Assembly: GCA_965197865.1 (NCBI GenBank)
Contig: CBDANZ010000002.1
Span: 72,758 to 136,757 of the forward strand
Length of the DNA: 64,000 nt
Direction: 5' to 3'
DNA from: Vicinamibacterales bacterium
Lineage (GTDB): Bacteria; Acidobacteriota; Vicinamibacteria; Vicinamibacterales; CAVVIG01
A program made the translations under genes and the position numbers. This document shows, piece after piece, positions 20,294 through 29,884 of the stretch. Every line of letters begins with the position of its first letter. Positions within the stretch are counted from its first letter, which is position 1. Below the pieces are notes generated by a model. The model was not told the DNA's origin. It saw only the letters and a program-made list of their open reading frames with translations, and ran no database searches.

Positions 20294-22006
20294 TCACACT
20301 TTCTTCCTCGGTTGGGGGGCCGACAAAATCGGCTGCGTTTCCTGCGATTGCGCCTTCTTCTGCACCTCGACTTCGCTGACAAGCAGGGCTGGCGACGAAG
20401 CAGAGACGGGCACCCTTCCGCTCTCGGCGCGGCACATGCCGTTGAAGGTCTCCACCGTATCGCTCGTCGCCACAATCTTGCCGAAAGCGGACAACGGCGT
20501 ACCGATGAGATCCACGCCGCGCACGAGATCGGGCGGCCGCCCGTCGACGTAGACGCGGTAGACCACGTTGGGCAGCACGTTGAACGCGCTGGGACTCGAA
20601 CGGTCCGTCGACGTGAAGCCTCCCTCGATGTTGTCGAACAGCAGCCCGAACGGCTTGCCCTGCTTGCGTGCCTCCTCCTTGAGCATGTCCATCAGCTTTT
20701 CGGTGGACACCGTTTGCGTCGATTCGACAATCAGGTTCGACTGGCGAGACACCGGGACGAACCCTGCTTCGGCCCGGCCGTGACCGTTGGATCGCGGGAA
20801 CGAGTTGAGCGGCGCGCGGCCGAGCAGAAACGTCTTGAGAACGCCTTTGTCGACCGCGACGACACGCTGCGCTTTGACGCCCTGATCGTCGTACAGATAG
20901 TAGCCGTGAAGCTCGACCCCGCCGAGAATTCGCCGCGTCGGATCGAACAGGACGCTCAGGAATGACGGCAGGATGCTCTGGTCCACCCTCTTCGCGAACG
21001 TCTGCGCGTCGTCCACATTCCGCTGCCGGTGGCCTTCGACGCGGTGCCCGAAAAGTTCGTGGAAGAACACGCCCGCCGCTCGCCCTGAGAGGATCGCCGG
21101 CCCCGAGAACGGATCCATGAGGGGCGCCCGGCGAAGGTGTGCGAGGAGCGTGACCATGTCACGGACGTCGGCCAGAAGCTGCTCCTCGTCTGGCAGGCCC
21201 TCCGGCGTGCGCGCGAAGTAACTCGCATACATCGGCAGCTCCATCCCATCGTCCGCCTTGGTCATGGCCTGGATGAAGAGCTGGCAGAAGAGCTCGGATG
21301 TTGCGATGGCAGAGCCCTCGCTATTCGTGTAGTAACGATTTGTCGCGTTGATCGTCAGAGAGACGCTGTTGCGGAACACGAGCGGATCGTCGGCAAACGG
21401 AGCGGAGACCCGCCGGAGAAGCTCTTCCCAGCGCTTGGTGTCGATGGAGTAGGTGACCGGCGCATCGGTGTGGGTTTGCGGATCCTCGCGGGAGAAGTCG
21501 CGTGCCGGATCCTCTTCCCTGATCTTGGTCGCAGCGTTGGTCTTCGCGCGCGTCAGGGCTTCGGCCGCCTGCTTGTAAGCCCGGTCGGTAGTGCGCCACA
21601 ATTCCAGCCGGATCGGCTTCTCGCTGTCAGCGAGCGGCAGCCGGACTCGGTTAACACGGCGGCGCGCCGCGCCGAATTCGCCGCGTATCGGGTGGGTGTT
21701 GTCGAACGAGTAGTCGCCGACCCGGACTCTGACCGAGCCCAGTCGGCGCCGCGCCTCGGCGCTCCGCCGCACCGCCCCGAAAGAGGCGAGAATGCGCGTG
21801 GTCTGCGTGTCGTGCACCGTGTAGCTTATGAAATACGCAGGAACCGGCTCCATTTTTAGGACCTGCAGGTTGCGCTGAAGCTCCGATTGCAGGATGCCAA
21901 GGAGGCCGTTGCTAGGGGTGCTGCGAAGCTGCAGCGAGCCAGGTCCGGCCATGAGGCCCAGCGCGATGAGGACGATCGATCTCACCCGGTGCATCATGAC
22001 TATCAT
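20294..22006 (-). CDS. TldD-like metallopeptidase with signal peptide
   Basis: Start chosen near MIVMMHRVRSIVLIALGLMAGPGS. HELFGH (HExxxH) in GVFFHELFGHRVEGHRQ, plus SNGHGRA. The stop lies 2 nt upstream of the partner's start. Confidence 0.8.
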   Translation of the reverse strand: MIVMMHRVRSIVLIALGLMAGPGSLQLRSTPSNGLLGILQSELQRNLQVLKMEPVPAYFISYTVHDTQTTRILASFGAVRRSAEARRRLGSVRVRVGDYSFDNTHPIRGEFGAARRRVNRVRLPLADSEKPIRLELWRTTDRAYKQAAEALTRAKTNAATKIREEDPARDFSREDPQTHTDAPVTYSIDTKRWEELLRRVSAPFADDPLVFRNSVSLTINATNRYYTNSEGSAIATSELFCQLFIQAMTKADDGMELPMYASYFARTPEGLPDEEQLLADVRDMVTLLAHLRRAPLMDPFSGPAILSGRAAGVFFHELFGHRVEGHRQRNVDDAQTFAKRVDQSILPSFLSVLFDPTRRILGGVELHGYYLYDDQGVKAQRVVAVDKGVLKTFLLGRAPLNSFPRSNGHGRAEAGFVPVSRQSNLIVESTQTVSTEKLMDMLKEEARKQGKPFGLLFDNIEGGFTSTDRSSPSAFNVLPNVVYRVYVDGRPPDLVRGVDLIGTPLSAFGKIVATSDTVETFNGMCRAESGRVPVSASSPALLVSEVEVQKKAQSQETQPILSAPQPRKKV

Positions 22007-22435
22007 AATCGATAGTCGACGGGTCCACTTCGGCCGAGCGTGTCGGCGTAGAATATCGGGCCGCCGCGATGTCCCGGGAACACGAAGGCGTACGTAGGTC
22101 ACGTCGATGTTGCCGCGCGAGTGGCGCGGCCATCTTCGAGCACGCGCGCGCCCTCGTTGGCGAGAGCGGTCGTCAGGCGGCGAGAATTTCGTTGTCTGAA
22201 ACCGGACCCCGTGTGACGGCAACGGCCCACTTGATGGGCGGGTTGTCGATCGTCAACACGGCCATGCGATCGTTTTCGTCGTAATGAACGAACTCGGGCA
22301 ACGGGAGAATCGTGAAATTCAGAATGTCGAATTGTGGATTCGTGGGCCGATTGCGTGCCCCTGCCGGCTCAGCGGTCTCCGCGTTCCACGGCCTTTTCAT
22401 GTTCTTGCGTTCTTGTGGTTGCGTTTCTTGTACGC

Positions 22436-22720
22436 ATGACGTTCCGCAAGGACCTACGGACGGTCCTCGCCACGACACGGCGGTCGGTATCGTCGATTGC
22501 GCGGGAGCTCGGACTGAAGCGCCGCAACGTCGAAGAGGATCTTCGCCACGCGATTCGATCGGCTCGCGCAGCCGGCCACCACGTGATGATCGAACTGGCG
22601 CGCTGCCGCGCCTGCGGGTTCACCTTTGGGGAAGAGAAACTGTCGAAGCCCGGGAAATGTCCCGCGTGCCGCAGCACGTGGCTCTATGAAGCGCAAATCA
22701 GCATTCAGCAAGAGCCCTAA
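22436..22720 (+). CDS. Small HTH plus C-terminal zinc-ribbon transcriptional regulator
   Basis: MTFRKDLRTVLATTRRSVSSIARELGLKRRNVEEDLRH... then CRACG...CPACRS (two CxxC pairs). Confidence 0.6.
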   Translation: MTFRKDLRTVLATTRRSVSSIARELGLKRRNVEEDLRHAIRSARAAGHHVMIELARCRACGFTFGEEKLSKPGKCPACRSTWLYEAQISIQQEP

Positions 22721-22756
22721 CACGCAGGGCGCTGTCGTGTTGCTTGGGGTGTAATG

Positions 22757-24001
22757 TCAGAAGAGCAGATAGCAGAGAATCGCCCCGACGATCGTCATCG
22801 ACATCGCCCACGCGAACAGCTTGTTGAACAGGTCCCGACTGACGTCGGCCGGCGCCCCGGCGAGGCAGAGGGCGCCGAGCGTCGAGAGCGGAGACATGTC
22901 GACGAGGTGACCGCCGACGTTCATGGCGGAGGCGATCGCGAGCGGATCGGCGCCGCCGAACTGCTGTGCCAAGCCGGGCACCATCGGGAGAAACGCCGGC
23001 AGTACGACGCCAGATGTGCTGCTGTAGACGGAGACCAAGCCGGTCATGAACGCGACGACCCCGGTCACCGTCTCACGCGACGAGAATCGCGCGACCAGCG
23101 ACACGAGCAGGTCGATCCCTTGCGCGCGCTGGAGCAGCGCAATGAGCACTGTCACGCCGCACACCATCACGATCACCCGCCACGGCATCCGCTTGATCCC
23201 CTCGACATCGTCCCCCGATCGTGAGAGTACCAGGAGGACCGCTCCGAGAAACGCCCCCATCCCGACGTGCACCCCGAACCCGATGACGCTGACCACCAGC
23301 GTGCCAATCACGCCAAGCGTGATCCAGTGCTGCCGCTCAAATGCCAGCCCGGCCGCGGGCCCGTCCGGCGAAACCGACCCCTCGCCTGACCTCCGCGCGA
23401 ACAGCTTCAAGCCACCGAAGAGGAAGTAGGCGGCGAACGCGATCGCCGCGTGCGCGCCGAGGTTGTACAGATAGGTCGGCAGCTCGTAGCCGCCGAGTCC
23501 GTTGAGCGCCATCACGCCGTTGACGATGATTCCGGTGGGCGCGAATGGCGACAGCGAGCCCGCGTTGGCCCCGTTGCCGACCATGATGGCCATCAGAAAT
23601 AGCGGAATTCCCACACGAGTCGCCGTGGCCATGGCCATGGGCGCGAGGATGGCCGCCGTGGCGATGTTGCCGGGACCCATCGACGCGAGGAGGGCGGCGA
23701 GCAGAAAGAACATGATCGGGATCGTCCCGAGGTTGCCGCGGCACATTCGCACCGCGTGATGAGCGAGCCGATCCAGCGTGCCGTTGACTTGCGCGAGCGA
23801 GAAGAGCAGCGTGACGCCGGTGATCGTCAAGAAAAGTTGGGTGGGGAACCCGCTCATGACGGTGGCAACCGGTATCCCACCGACGTACACACCAATGATC
23901 CAGGCGAGCGTCACGGCCAGCACGCCGACGTTCAGCGTCGTCACGCAGCTCACGAGGATGGCGAGGGCGAGCGCGCAGACCGACAGCACCGCGAGGCTCA
24001 T
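22757..24001 (-). CDS. Anion permease of the SLC13/DASS (MatC/CitMHS-like) superfamily
   Basis: 414 aa from MSLAVLSVCALALAILV, hydrophobic throughout. It shows repeated GPGNIATAAILAPMA and SGVVLPAFLPMVPGL hairpin-like motifs. Confidence 0.7.
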   Translation of the reverse strand: MSLAVLSVCALALAILVSCVTTLNVGVLAVTLAWIIGVYVGGIPVATVMSGFPTQLFLTITGVTLLFSLAQVNGTLDRLAHHAVRMCRGNLGTIPIMFFLLAALLASMGPGNIATAAILAPMAMATATRVGIPLFLMAIMVGNGANAGSLSPFAPTGIIVNGVMALNGLGGYELPTYLYNLGAHAAIAFAAYFLFGGLKLFARRSGEGSVSPDGPAAGLAFERQHWITLGVIGTLVVSVIGFGVHVGMGAFLGAVLLVLSRSGDDVEGIKRMPWRVIVMVCGVTVLIALLQRAQGIDLLVSLVARFSSRETVTGVVAFMTGLVSVYSSTSGVVLPAFLPMVPGLAQQFGGADPLAIASAMNVGGHLVDMSPLSTLGALCLAGAPADVSRDLFNKLFAWAMSMTIVGAILCYLLF

Positions 24002-24390
24002 GGACGCTCCGATAGCAAGGACCGGAGAAGCGCGGTGGGATGCAGCGCTTGGATTCCGGTGAAGTCTTCGACCTGATGGCGGCACGAGACGCCACTTACC
24101 ACGAGCAGCGATCCCGCCTCCAGGGTCCGGGCTGCAGGTAGGAGCCGCCGCTCGCCGATGTGATGCGATACGTCGAAGTGTTCGCGCGCGTATCCGAAGG
24201 AGCCGACCCTCTCGCAGCAGCCCGCGTCGAGATCGACGACCGACGAGCCGGGGATGCGCGACAAGAGCACCTTCGCCGGAGCAAGCAGCCCCATCGCTTT
24301 CTGACGGCAGTGTCCGTGCAGCAGGATCTGAAGATCTTGTCGAAGCGGATGTCGCCCTCGGTTCGCGACTCCAGCTCCGGCGCAATGCCT
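23998..24390 (-). pseudogene. C-terminal remnant of an (Fe-S)-binding CCG-domain oxidoreductase (GlcF/GlpC-like)
   Basis: An open frame without a start reads ...DLQILLHGHCRQKAMGLLAPAKVLLSRIPGSSVVDLDAGCCERVGSFGYAREHFDVSHHIGERRLLPAARTLEAGSLLVVSGVSCRHQVEDFTG. This matches the LHGHC...CCGxAGSFGY...SCRxQI pattern. The N-terminal several hundred aa are absent. Confidence 0.55.
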
Positions 24391-24435
24391 CTACGTCGAT
24401 GGCCTAGTTCGTCACGGGGGCGCACGATCCGTTCC

Positions 24436-25130
24436 TCATCGCAACACTTCTCGCTGAAAGAACTTGGTGACTTCACTCCACGTCAGCCGGATCAACATAT
24501 CAGGCACGGGTTCGCGCTCGACGTCCTGAAAATACGTGAACAACTTGGATGAGGTGCAACCGGTGGTGGTTCGCTGCGGCGTACTTCCCCCGAAACAGTT
24601 TCAGAAGGTGCTCGAAGCCGTACTGCCGCGCGACGACATAGACGTCCACGAAATCTCGCCAGGTGCCTCGGCCCGCGATCGCGCCGATCTTCATACAAGC
24701 GATGTCTCTATACAAGCGATGCCTCTCGGGTGGGCCACCTTGAGGCTGGAGGGTTGCATGAACGGGAACAACACGGAATAAGCGCAACGAGGAAACTCAC
24801 CTGACGCCGCCCACATGGAGGTGAAGAGTCTGGCGCCTTGCTCACAACTGACAGGCGGGTCTGAAACCGCAGCTCACTGAGCAGCCGATCTTCATCAAAC
24901 GGCCGTTCCGTGAACCAGTCCAAGTCCACGGAGCGGCGATGCGCGAAATTGAGGGCCAAGGCCGACCCGCCGGCCAGATAGAACGAGCGGGTCACCTCCT
25001 GGCGATCCGAGCTCCTCAACACCTGGTCGACCGCCGGACTCATCGCCTCCAGGTGCCACACGGCTGGTTGTTCATGGAAGGTCTCCAGTCGGTGGGAAGG
25101 GCGAGGAGAAGGTTGCCGCAGCGCCACCAC
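24436..25130 (-). pseudogene. AbiEii/DUF1814-type nucleotidyltransferase toxin, at least two frameshifts
   Basis: Three frames are used. The first gives FYLAGGSALALNFAHRRSVDLDWF. The second gives KIGAIAGRGTWRDFVDVYVVARQYGFEHLLKLFRGKY. The third gives SKLFTYFQDVEREPVPDMLIRLTWSEVTKFFQREVLR followed by a stop. Confidence 0.6.
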
Positions 25131-25587
25131 GTCTTACACGGGGATCTGGTAGATATAGTGTCCAGTAGTTCGCAGAACGCGGCGTGCGGCGTCGATCCTG
25201 GCGAATCACCGCCTTGATCGCTTCCTCGTTGAGTTGCCTCTTCATCCACACAACCGCGTCGAGATCCCCGAATCCCTGGAGGCGAGCAATGGTGTTTTCG
25301 GTACATCCCAGAAGACAACAACGTAAATTTTCACGCATCATAGCATACTTGGCGTTCGGCTTCGGGGTGCTCGGCGTCTTCCGTGGTGGATCACACGCTC
25401 TTGATACGATGGCGATCCGATGCATCGCAGCGGAAGGCATTTTCTCTAGATCCCTGGACCCACCAACATTCCTGAGCGCGTACTCCTGGCGATGGCGCGC
25501 TCGACGATCAACGGTCTAAGGACCTGCGCTACACGTGACGTTCTTGTCCATGATGCTCGTAGCGCGGGTTTTCAGCCCGGCCGTGAT

Positions 25588-26379
25588 TCACCGTCCCTTA
25601 AACACGGGCGACCGCTTGGCCAGAAACGCGGCGACCCCTTCCTTGAAATCCTCACTCAGGTAGCACATCGTGATGAGATCTTCGAGATCTGCGGCGGCCA
25701 GGCGCCGGCTCGCCTGCATCCGCCGCAGCGCCTCCTTCGTCGCCTGGATCGTCAGCGGCGCGTTGGCCGCGATCTTGACGGCGAGCTCCCGAACGGCGCC
25801 GGCAATGGCCGACCGGTCTACCACGCGGGTGACGAGGCCGATGGCAGCCGCTTCGGACGCATCGACGAGCCGTCCGGTCAACATCAGATCTTTCATGCGT
25901 CCGGGCCCGACGGCGTCCACGAGCCGCCCGCAGTTTGCTGCTGACAGGCAGTTGCCAAGCGTCCGCGCGATCGGCACGCCAAATCGTGATTCGGGCGTGC
26001 ACACGCGCAGGTCGCACGCCAGCGCGATGACGCATCCGGCCCCGGCCGCGACCCCCTCCACCTGCGCGATCGTCGCCACCCGCACGCGCTCGAGGCGATC
26101 GAACACTTCGTCGAGACGTCGTTCGTACGAGACGACGTCGTTTCGCGTGGCGAAGCTTGTAAACTGCCCGATGTCGGTCCCCGAGACGAACGCCTGGCCG
26201 CCCGCGCCGCCGAGCACGAGCACGCGGAGCGCCAGGTCGCCGTCCACGCGGTCGCAGGCCTCGACGAGAGCCTGGTACATGTCCCAGGTCATCGCGTTTC
26301 TGGCTTCCGGGCGGTTGAACGTGAGGAACGCAACGGGACCGTCGACATCAAAATTAAATAGGACATGCGAGGTGGACAC
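25588..26379 (-). CDS. Enoyl-CoA hydratase/isomerase (crotonase) family protein
   Basis: VAFLTFNRPEARNAMT and GGAGGQAFVSGTDI are present. Start chosen at GTG (VSTSHVLFNF). The upstream ORF extension to 26481 is Arg-rich and antisense-like. Confidence 0.85.
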   Translation of the reverse strand: MSTSHVLFNFDVDGPVAFLTFNRPEARNAMTWDMYQALVEACDRVDGDLALRVLVLGGAGGQAFVSGTDIGQFTSFATRNDVVSYERRLDEVFDRLERVRVATIAQVEGVAAGAGCVIALACDLRVCTPESRFGVPIARTLGNCLSAANCGRLVDAVGPGRMKDLMLTGRLVDASEAAAIGLVTRVVDRSAIAGAVRELAVKIAANAPLTIQATKEALRRMQASRRLAAADLEDLITMCYLSEDFKEGVAAFLAKRSPVFKGR

Positions 26380-27603
26380 GTGAAGGCTCCTCAAAGAAAA
26401 ACGATTGGCCGGACCGCGCTCGAGGGCGTACGGGTTCTGGACGTCACGCAGGTGATGGCGGGTCCCTTTTGCGCGATGCAACTATGTGACATGGGCGCCG
26501 ATGTGATCAAGGTCGAATCGCCCGGCGGCGACTCGACCCGGCACATGGCGGGAGCCTCGGGCGGCGACAGCGCCAGCTTCAATGCGGTCAATCGCGGGAA
26601 GCGCGACATCGTGCTGGACCTGAAGACCGCGGTGGCGCAGCAAGCGTTTCGCCGGCTGGCGCGAGGGTCGGACATCGTGATCGAAAACTTTCGGCCGGGC
26701 GTCATGCGCGGCTTCGGGCTCGATTACCCGTCGCTGGCCCACGAGCATCCCGAACTGATTTACGCATCGATTTCCGGATACGGCCAGACGGGACCGTACG
26801 CCGCCAAGGGTGGCTACGACCTGGTCGCGCAGGGCGTTTCGGGCCTGATGTCGATCACCGGCGAACCCGGCCGGCCGCCCGTGAAGGTCGGCGTGCCCTT
26901 GACGGACCTCGGCGCTGGTCTGTTCGCGCTGTCGGCGATCCTTGCTGCGCTCTACTACCGGACGCGCACCGGGCGCGGCCAGTACATCGACACGTCTCTC
27001 GTCGAAGCAGGCTTGGCGTTGTCGGTCTGGGAGGCCACCGAATATTTTTCCGGCGCCGGCATTCCCGAGCCGATGGGATCCGCACACCGCATGGCCGCGC
27101 CGTACCAGGCCATTCGCTGCGCCGACGGGTACATCACGCTCGCGGCAGCGAGTGATCGTTTGTTCCTGCGCCTGTGCGAGCTGCTGGCTCATCCTGAATG
27201 GGCGACCGATCCGGACTTCGCCGACAATACACATCGCGTGCGCAATCGCGCGAAGCTGGCCTCGCTCATCGAGTCGATCGCCGTCCGACAGCCCTGCAGC
27301 CACTGGGTTGCCCTCTTTGAGGAGCACGGCGTGCCCTGCGGGCCGATCAACAATTACGAGCAGGTGTTTGCGGATCCGCACATCAGGGCGCGCGAGATGG
27401 TCGTCGAAACCGATCACCCGACGCTCGGGCGCCTTCGCACGCTCGGCCGGCCCGTGAAGATGTCCGAGACGCCGGTGATTGTCGGCCGCCGCGCTCCGCT
27501 CCTCGGCGAGCACACCCGGGAAGTACTGCGAGAGGTCGGCTACGCGGACAGCGAGATGTCTCGGCTACTGCCACCACAGCCGCATGATCGCGACGACTGC
27601 TGA
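26365..27603 (+). CDS. Family III CoA-transferase (CaiB/BaiF type)
   Basis: LEGVRVLDVTQVMAGPFCAMQLCDMGADVIKVESPGGD, SISGYGQTGP, GVPLTDLGAG. Confidence 0.9.
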   Translation: MRGGHVKAPQRKTIGRTALEGVRVLDVTQVMAGPFCAMQLCDMGADVIKVESPGGDSTRHMAGASGGDSASFNAVNRGKRDIVLDLKTAVAQQAFRRLARGSDIVIENFRPGVMRGFGLDYPSLAHEHPELIYASISGYGQTGPYAAKGGYDLVAQGVSGLMSITGEPGRPPVKVGVPLTDLGAGLFALSAILAALYYRTRTGRGQYIDTSLVEAGLALSVWEATEYFSGAGIPEPMGSAHRMAAPYQAIRCADGYITLAAASDRLFLRLCELLAHPEWATDPDFADNTHRVRNRAKLASLIESIAVRQPCSHWVALFEEHGVPCGPINNYEQVFADPHIRAREMVVETDHPTLGRLRTLGRPVKMSETPVIVGRRAPLLGEHTREVLREVGYADSEMSRLLPPQPHDRDDC

Positions 27604-27640
27604 TGTCCCCGTCAACCGGAACAATCTTGAGCCCGAGCCC

Positions 27641-27853
27641 ATGCCGCTCGTAATCGGAACCAAGTTCGGGTCATGCGAAGTCGTCGGCGCGCTCGGTGCA
27701 GGCGGTATGGGCGAGGTCTGCGCGCGCGATGCTCGCCTGGGTAGCGAGATAGAACGCTGGACTTGCAAGAAGGCCGCACCGAGAACGACCTGTGGGTCGG
27801 CGAGCTCTGGAACTGGCGGGCCCAGAAGGTCAGGCTGCGGCGATAGTCGCTAG
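27641..27853 (+). pseudogene. Ser/Thr protein kinase N-terminal remnant
   Basis: MPLVIGTKFGSCEVVGALGAGGMGEVCARDARLGSEI matches the glycine-loop start of Hanks kinases. It then degenerates, so there is no VAIK lysine and no catalytic loop. Confidence 0.5.
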
Positions 27854-27931
27854 TCGGCGGCGCCCGGGCCTCGTGTCTCGTGGCCTGGGCGCTGCGCGTG
27901 TCGGTGAAGACCTCCGGTTGCAAGAGCGCGT

Positions 27932-29176
27932 TCAGCTTGTGCCTGTCACCCGTGCCGACTGAACGCTCGGTGCCTTGTCGAAGCGCGGCGTGCGGGCCAA
28001 GACGAGCAACCCGAAGGCGAGCAAGGCCAGGACGCCCGCTGCATTGAACGCGTAGCGATAGTCACCGAAAGCGTCGAACACTCTGGCTGCAAGGATCGGA
28101 CCGACGATTCCGGCTGTGCCCCAGGCGGTAAACAGAAGACCGTAATTCATGCCGAGGTTGCGCGTTCCATAGAAGTCGGCCGTGGTCGAGGCAAAAACGG
28201 AGAGCTGAGTACCGTAGCACCAGTACACGACCGCCACCAGGACGTAGAAGAACACCGCGTTCTCACGCAGCGCAAACAGCGCGGGCATGGCCACTGCCGA
28301 CAGCAGGACCATCAGGCGTAGGGTTGTCAACCGACCGAAGGTGTCCGACAGCCAACCCGAGAGAATCCGCCCGCCTGCGTTTCCGAACGCACCGATCGAG
28401 ATCGCGAGGGTCGCTGCAGCGGCGCCGAGACCGGCCGCCCGCGCAAACGGCACGAGTTGACTGATCGTCATGAGTCCGGCCGTGGCGCCGAAACAGTACG
28501 CAAGCCAGAGGGCATAGAACGTCGGCGTTCGAAGCATGTCCGCGGTCGAATAATCCCGGGTGTTGTGTTGGGCGGTCGGGCCAGAATGGGACGGCTGCCA
28601 GCCTGGCGGTTGATATCCAGCGGGAGGGTTTTTCAAGAGCCACGTGCCGACCATTCCCATGGCGAAAAACAACACGCCAAGAATCTGGAACGTCGCCCGC
28701 CAGCCGACGGACTCGATGAGGGAGGTTGCGACCGGCCCAAAGATAGCCGAACCCGCTCCGTAACCACCAACCATCAACCCCACGACGAGGCCTCGCTTGT
28801 CCGGAAACCACTTCGATGCAACCGGAATTGGGGTCGCATAGCCGAAGCCGTTGCCAATGCCGACCACGACTCCAAACATCAGGAACAGAAACCAAAGCGA
28901 CGTCGTGAGGCTTGCCAGCAAGAAACCGCAACCCACCAGCGTTCCGCCGATCGCGGCGCAAACGCGCGGTCCTCGACGGTCCTGAATTCGACCTGCCAGG
29001 ACGAACGAAGCGGCGAAGCACACGACAGCGATCGTAAACACCCACGACGTGTCCGCCCTGGTCCATCCGAACTCCTGTTCGAGCGGCAGGACGAAAACGC
29101 TCCAGGCATAGAGCGACCCGAGCGCGAGGTTCATCAAGACACCACCGACGATGGGGAGCCATCGATTCATGATCAA
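27932..29176 (-). CDS. MFS transporter, oxalate/formate antiporter (OFA)-like
   Basis: MIMNRWLPIVGGVLMNLALGSLYAWSVFVLPLEQEFGW, then about 12 TM segments. Confidence 0.85.
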   Translation of the reverse strand: MIMNRWLPIVGGVLMNLALGSLYAWSVFVLPLEQEFGWTRADTSWVFTIAVVCFAASFVLAGRIQDRRGPRVCAAIGGTLVGCGFLLASLTTSLWFLFLMFGVVVGIGNGFGYATPIPVASKWFPDKRGLVVGLMVGGYGAGSAIFGPVATSLIESVGWRATFQILGVLFFAMGMVGTWLLKNPPAGYQPPGWQPSHSGPTAQHNTRDYSTADMLRTPTFYALWLAYCFGATAGLMTISQLVPFARAAGLGAAAATLAISIGAFGNAGGRILSGWLSDTFGRLTTLRLMVLLSAVAMPALFALRENAVFFYVLVAVVYWCYGTQLSVFASTTADFYGTRNLGMNYGLLFTAWGTAGIVGPILAARVFDAFGDYRYAFNAAGVLALLAFGLLVLARTPRFDKAPSVQSARVTGTS

Positions 29177-29228
29177 TCTCCTGACGAATTGTGCTGCCTT
29201 GGCACGCCCAGAGCCTAGTGGAATGTAT

Positions 29229-29330
29229 GCGCTACTTCGGGACCGCTGGAGCGCAGGTCTTCAGACCTGCCCGGCCCGCTTGACAGGCAGGATGAAAGCC
29301 TGCGCTACGGTCTACGGGCCTACCGAGTGG
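29229..29330. repeat. Cluster of REP-like units in both orientations
   Basis: GCGCAGGTCTTCAGACCTGCCCGG lies at 29251..29274 (8-bp perfect stem). GGCAGGATGAAAGCCTGCGCTAC lies at 29286..29308. Additional GCGCTAC/CTAC heads are present. Confidence 0.6.
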
Positions 29331-29859
29331 TACTGAATCAGCGGATACGCTCGACTAGCCCACATTCTTCACAAATGAGTCTGTCACAGTACCATCGCCC
29401 GCTGTGACAACGCATTCGAGGCGTCAAGCACCCGAAGGTATCACAACTTTTCTTGAGGGCGATGGTGTTTTCGCGTGCTCATTCGTGAATGATCCAGGCT
29501 AGTCGGCTTTCTCAGCTGGTTCGAAGGATCTGACCTGGTGTTGGTGAGGCGGCGTGACGAGATGGCACGCCTCGACGAGTATCAGAAACCCTCGCCGCGG
29601 GTTAATGTCTCGAAGGATGCTGGCGTACAGCGTTGCGATCTTTTCCACGTTGGTAGCGACGTCTCTACACACTTTCTCCGCTTCGGGTGGCAAAGCGGTT
29701 CCTGTCGCCACGATGCGCCGCTCGATTGGAACCCGGCCTGGCGTGTTCTTCGTGCCAGGCGAGCAGTTGGACCAGCCCACGCTCTCCCGCAACGGTCGTA
29801 CGATCTGCGTCACGCGCGGGAGCACTGAACCACACCTGAATGGACATTGAAGTCGCATC

Positions 29860-29884
29860 GGCGGCCCTGAAGGGACCGCCCTAC
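29860..29884 (-). repeat. REP-like hairpin with GTAG head overlapping the pcm stop codon
   Basis: The minus strand reads GTAGGGCGGTCCCTTCAGGGCCGCC. Confidence 0.6.

Noticed and set aside
22173-22478. Small minus-strand ORF (…ILPLPEFVHYDENDRMAVLTIDNPPIKWAVAVTRGPVSDNEILAA) upstream of the TldD-like gene.
   Set aside because: No recognisable family, and third-position G+C is lower than in neighbouring genes. It overlaps the divergent promoter region and the 5' end of the plus-strand regulator ORF. It is kept only as a possibility.
29499-29858. 119-aa minus-strand ORF in a lower-GC island between the MFS transporter and pcm. An 8-bp inverted repeat (TGTCACAG...CTGTGACA) lies at 29382..29409.
   Set aside because: No motif was recognised and competing ORFs occupy other frames. 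It could be a decayed gene or non-coding. The inverted repeat alone is too short to call an operator.
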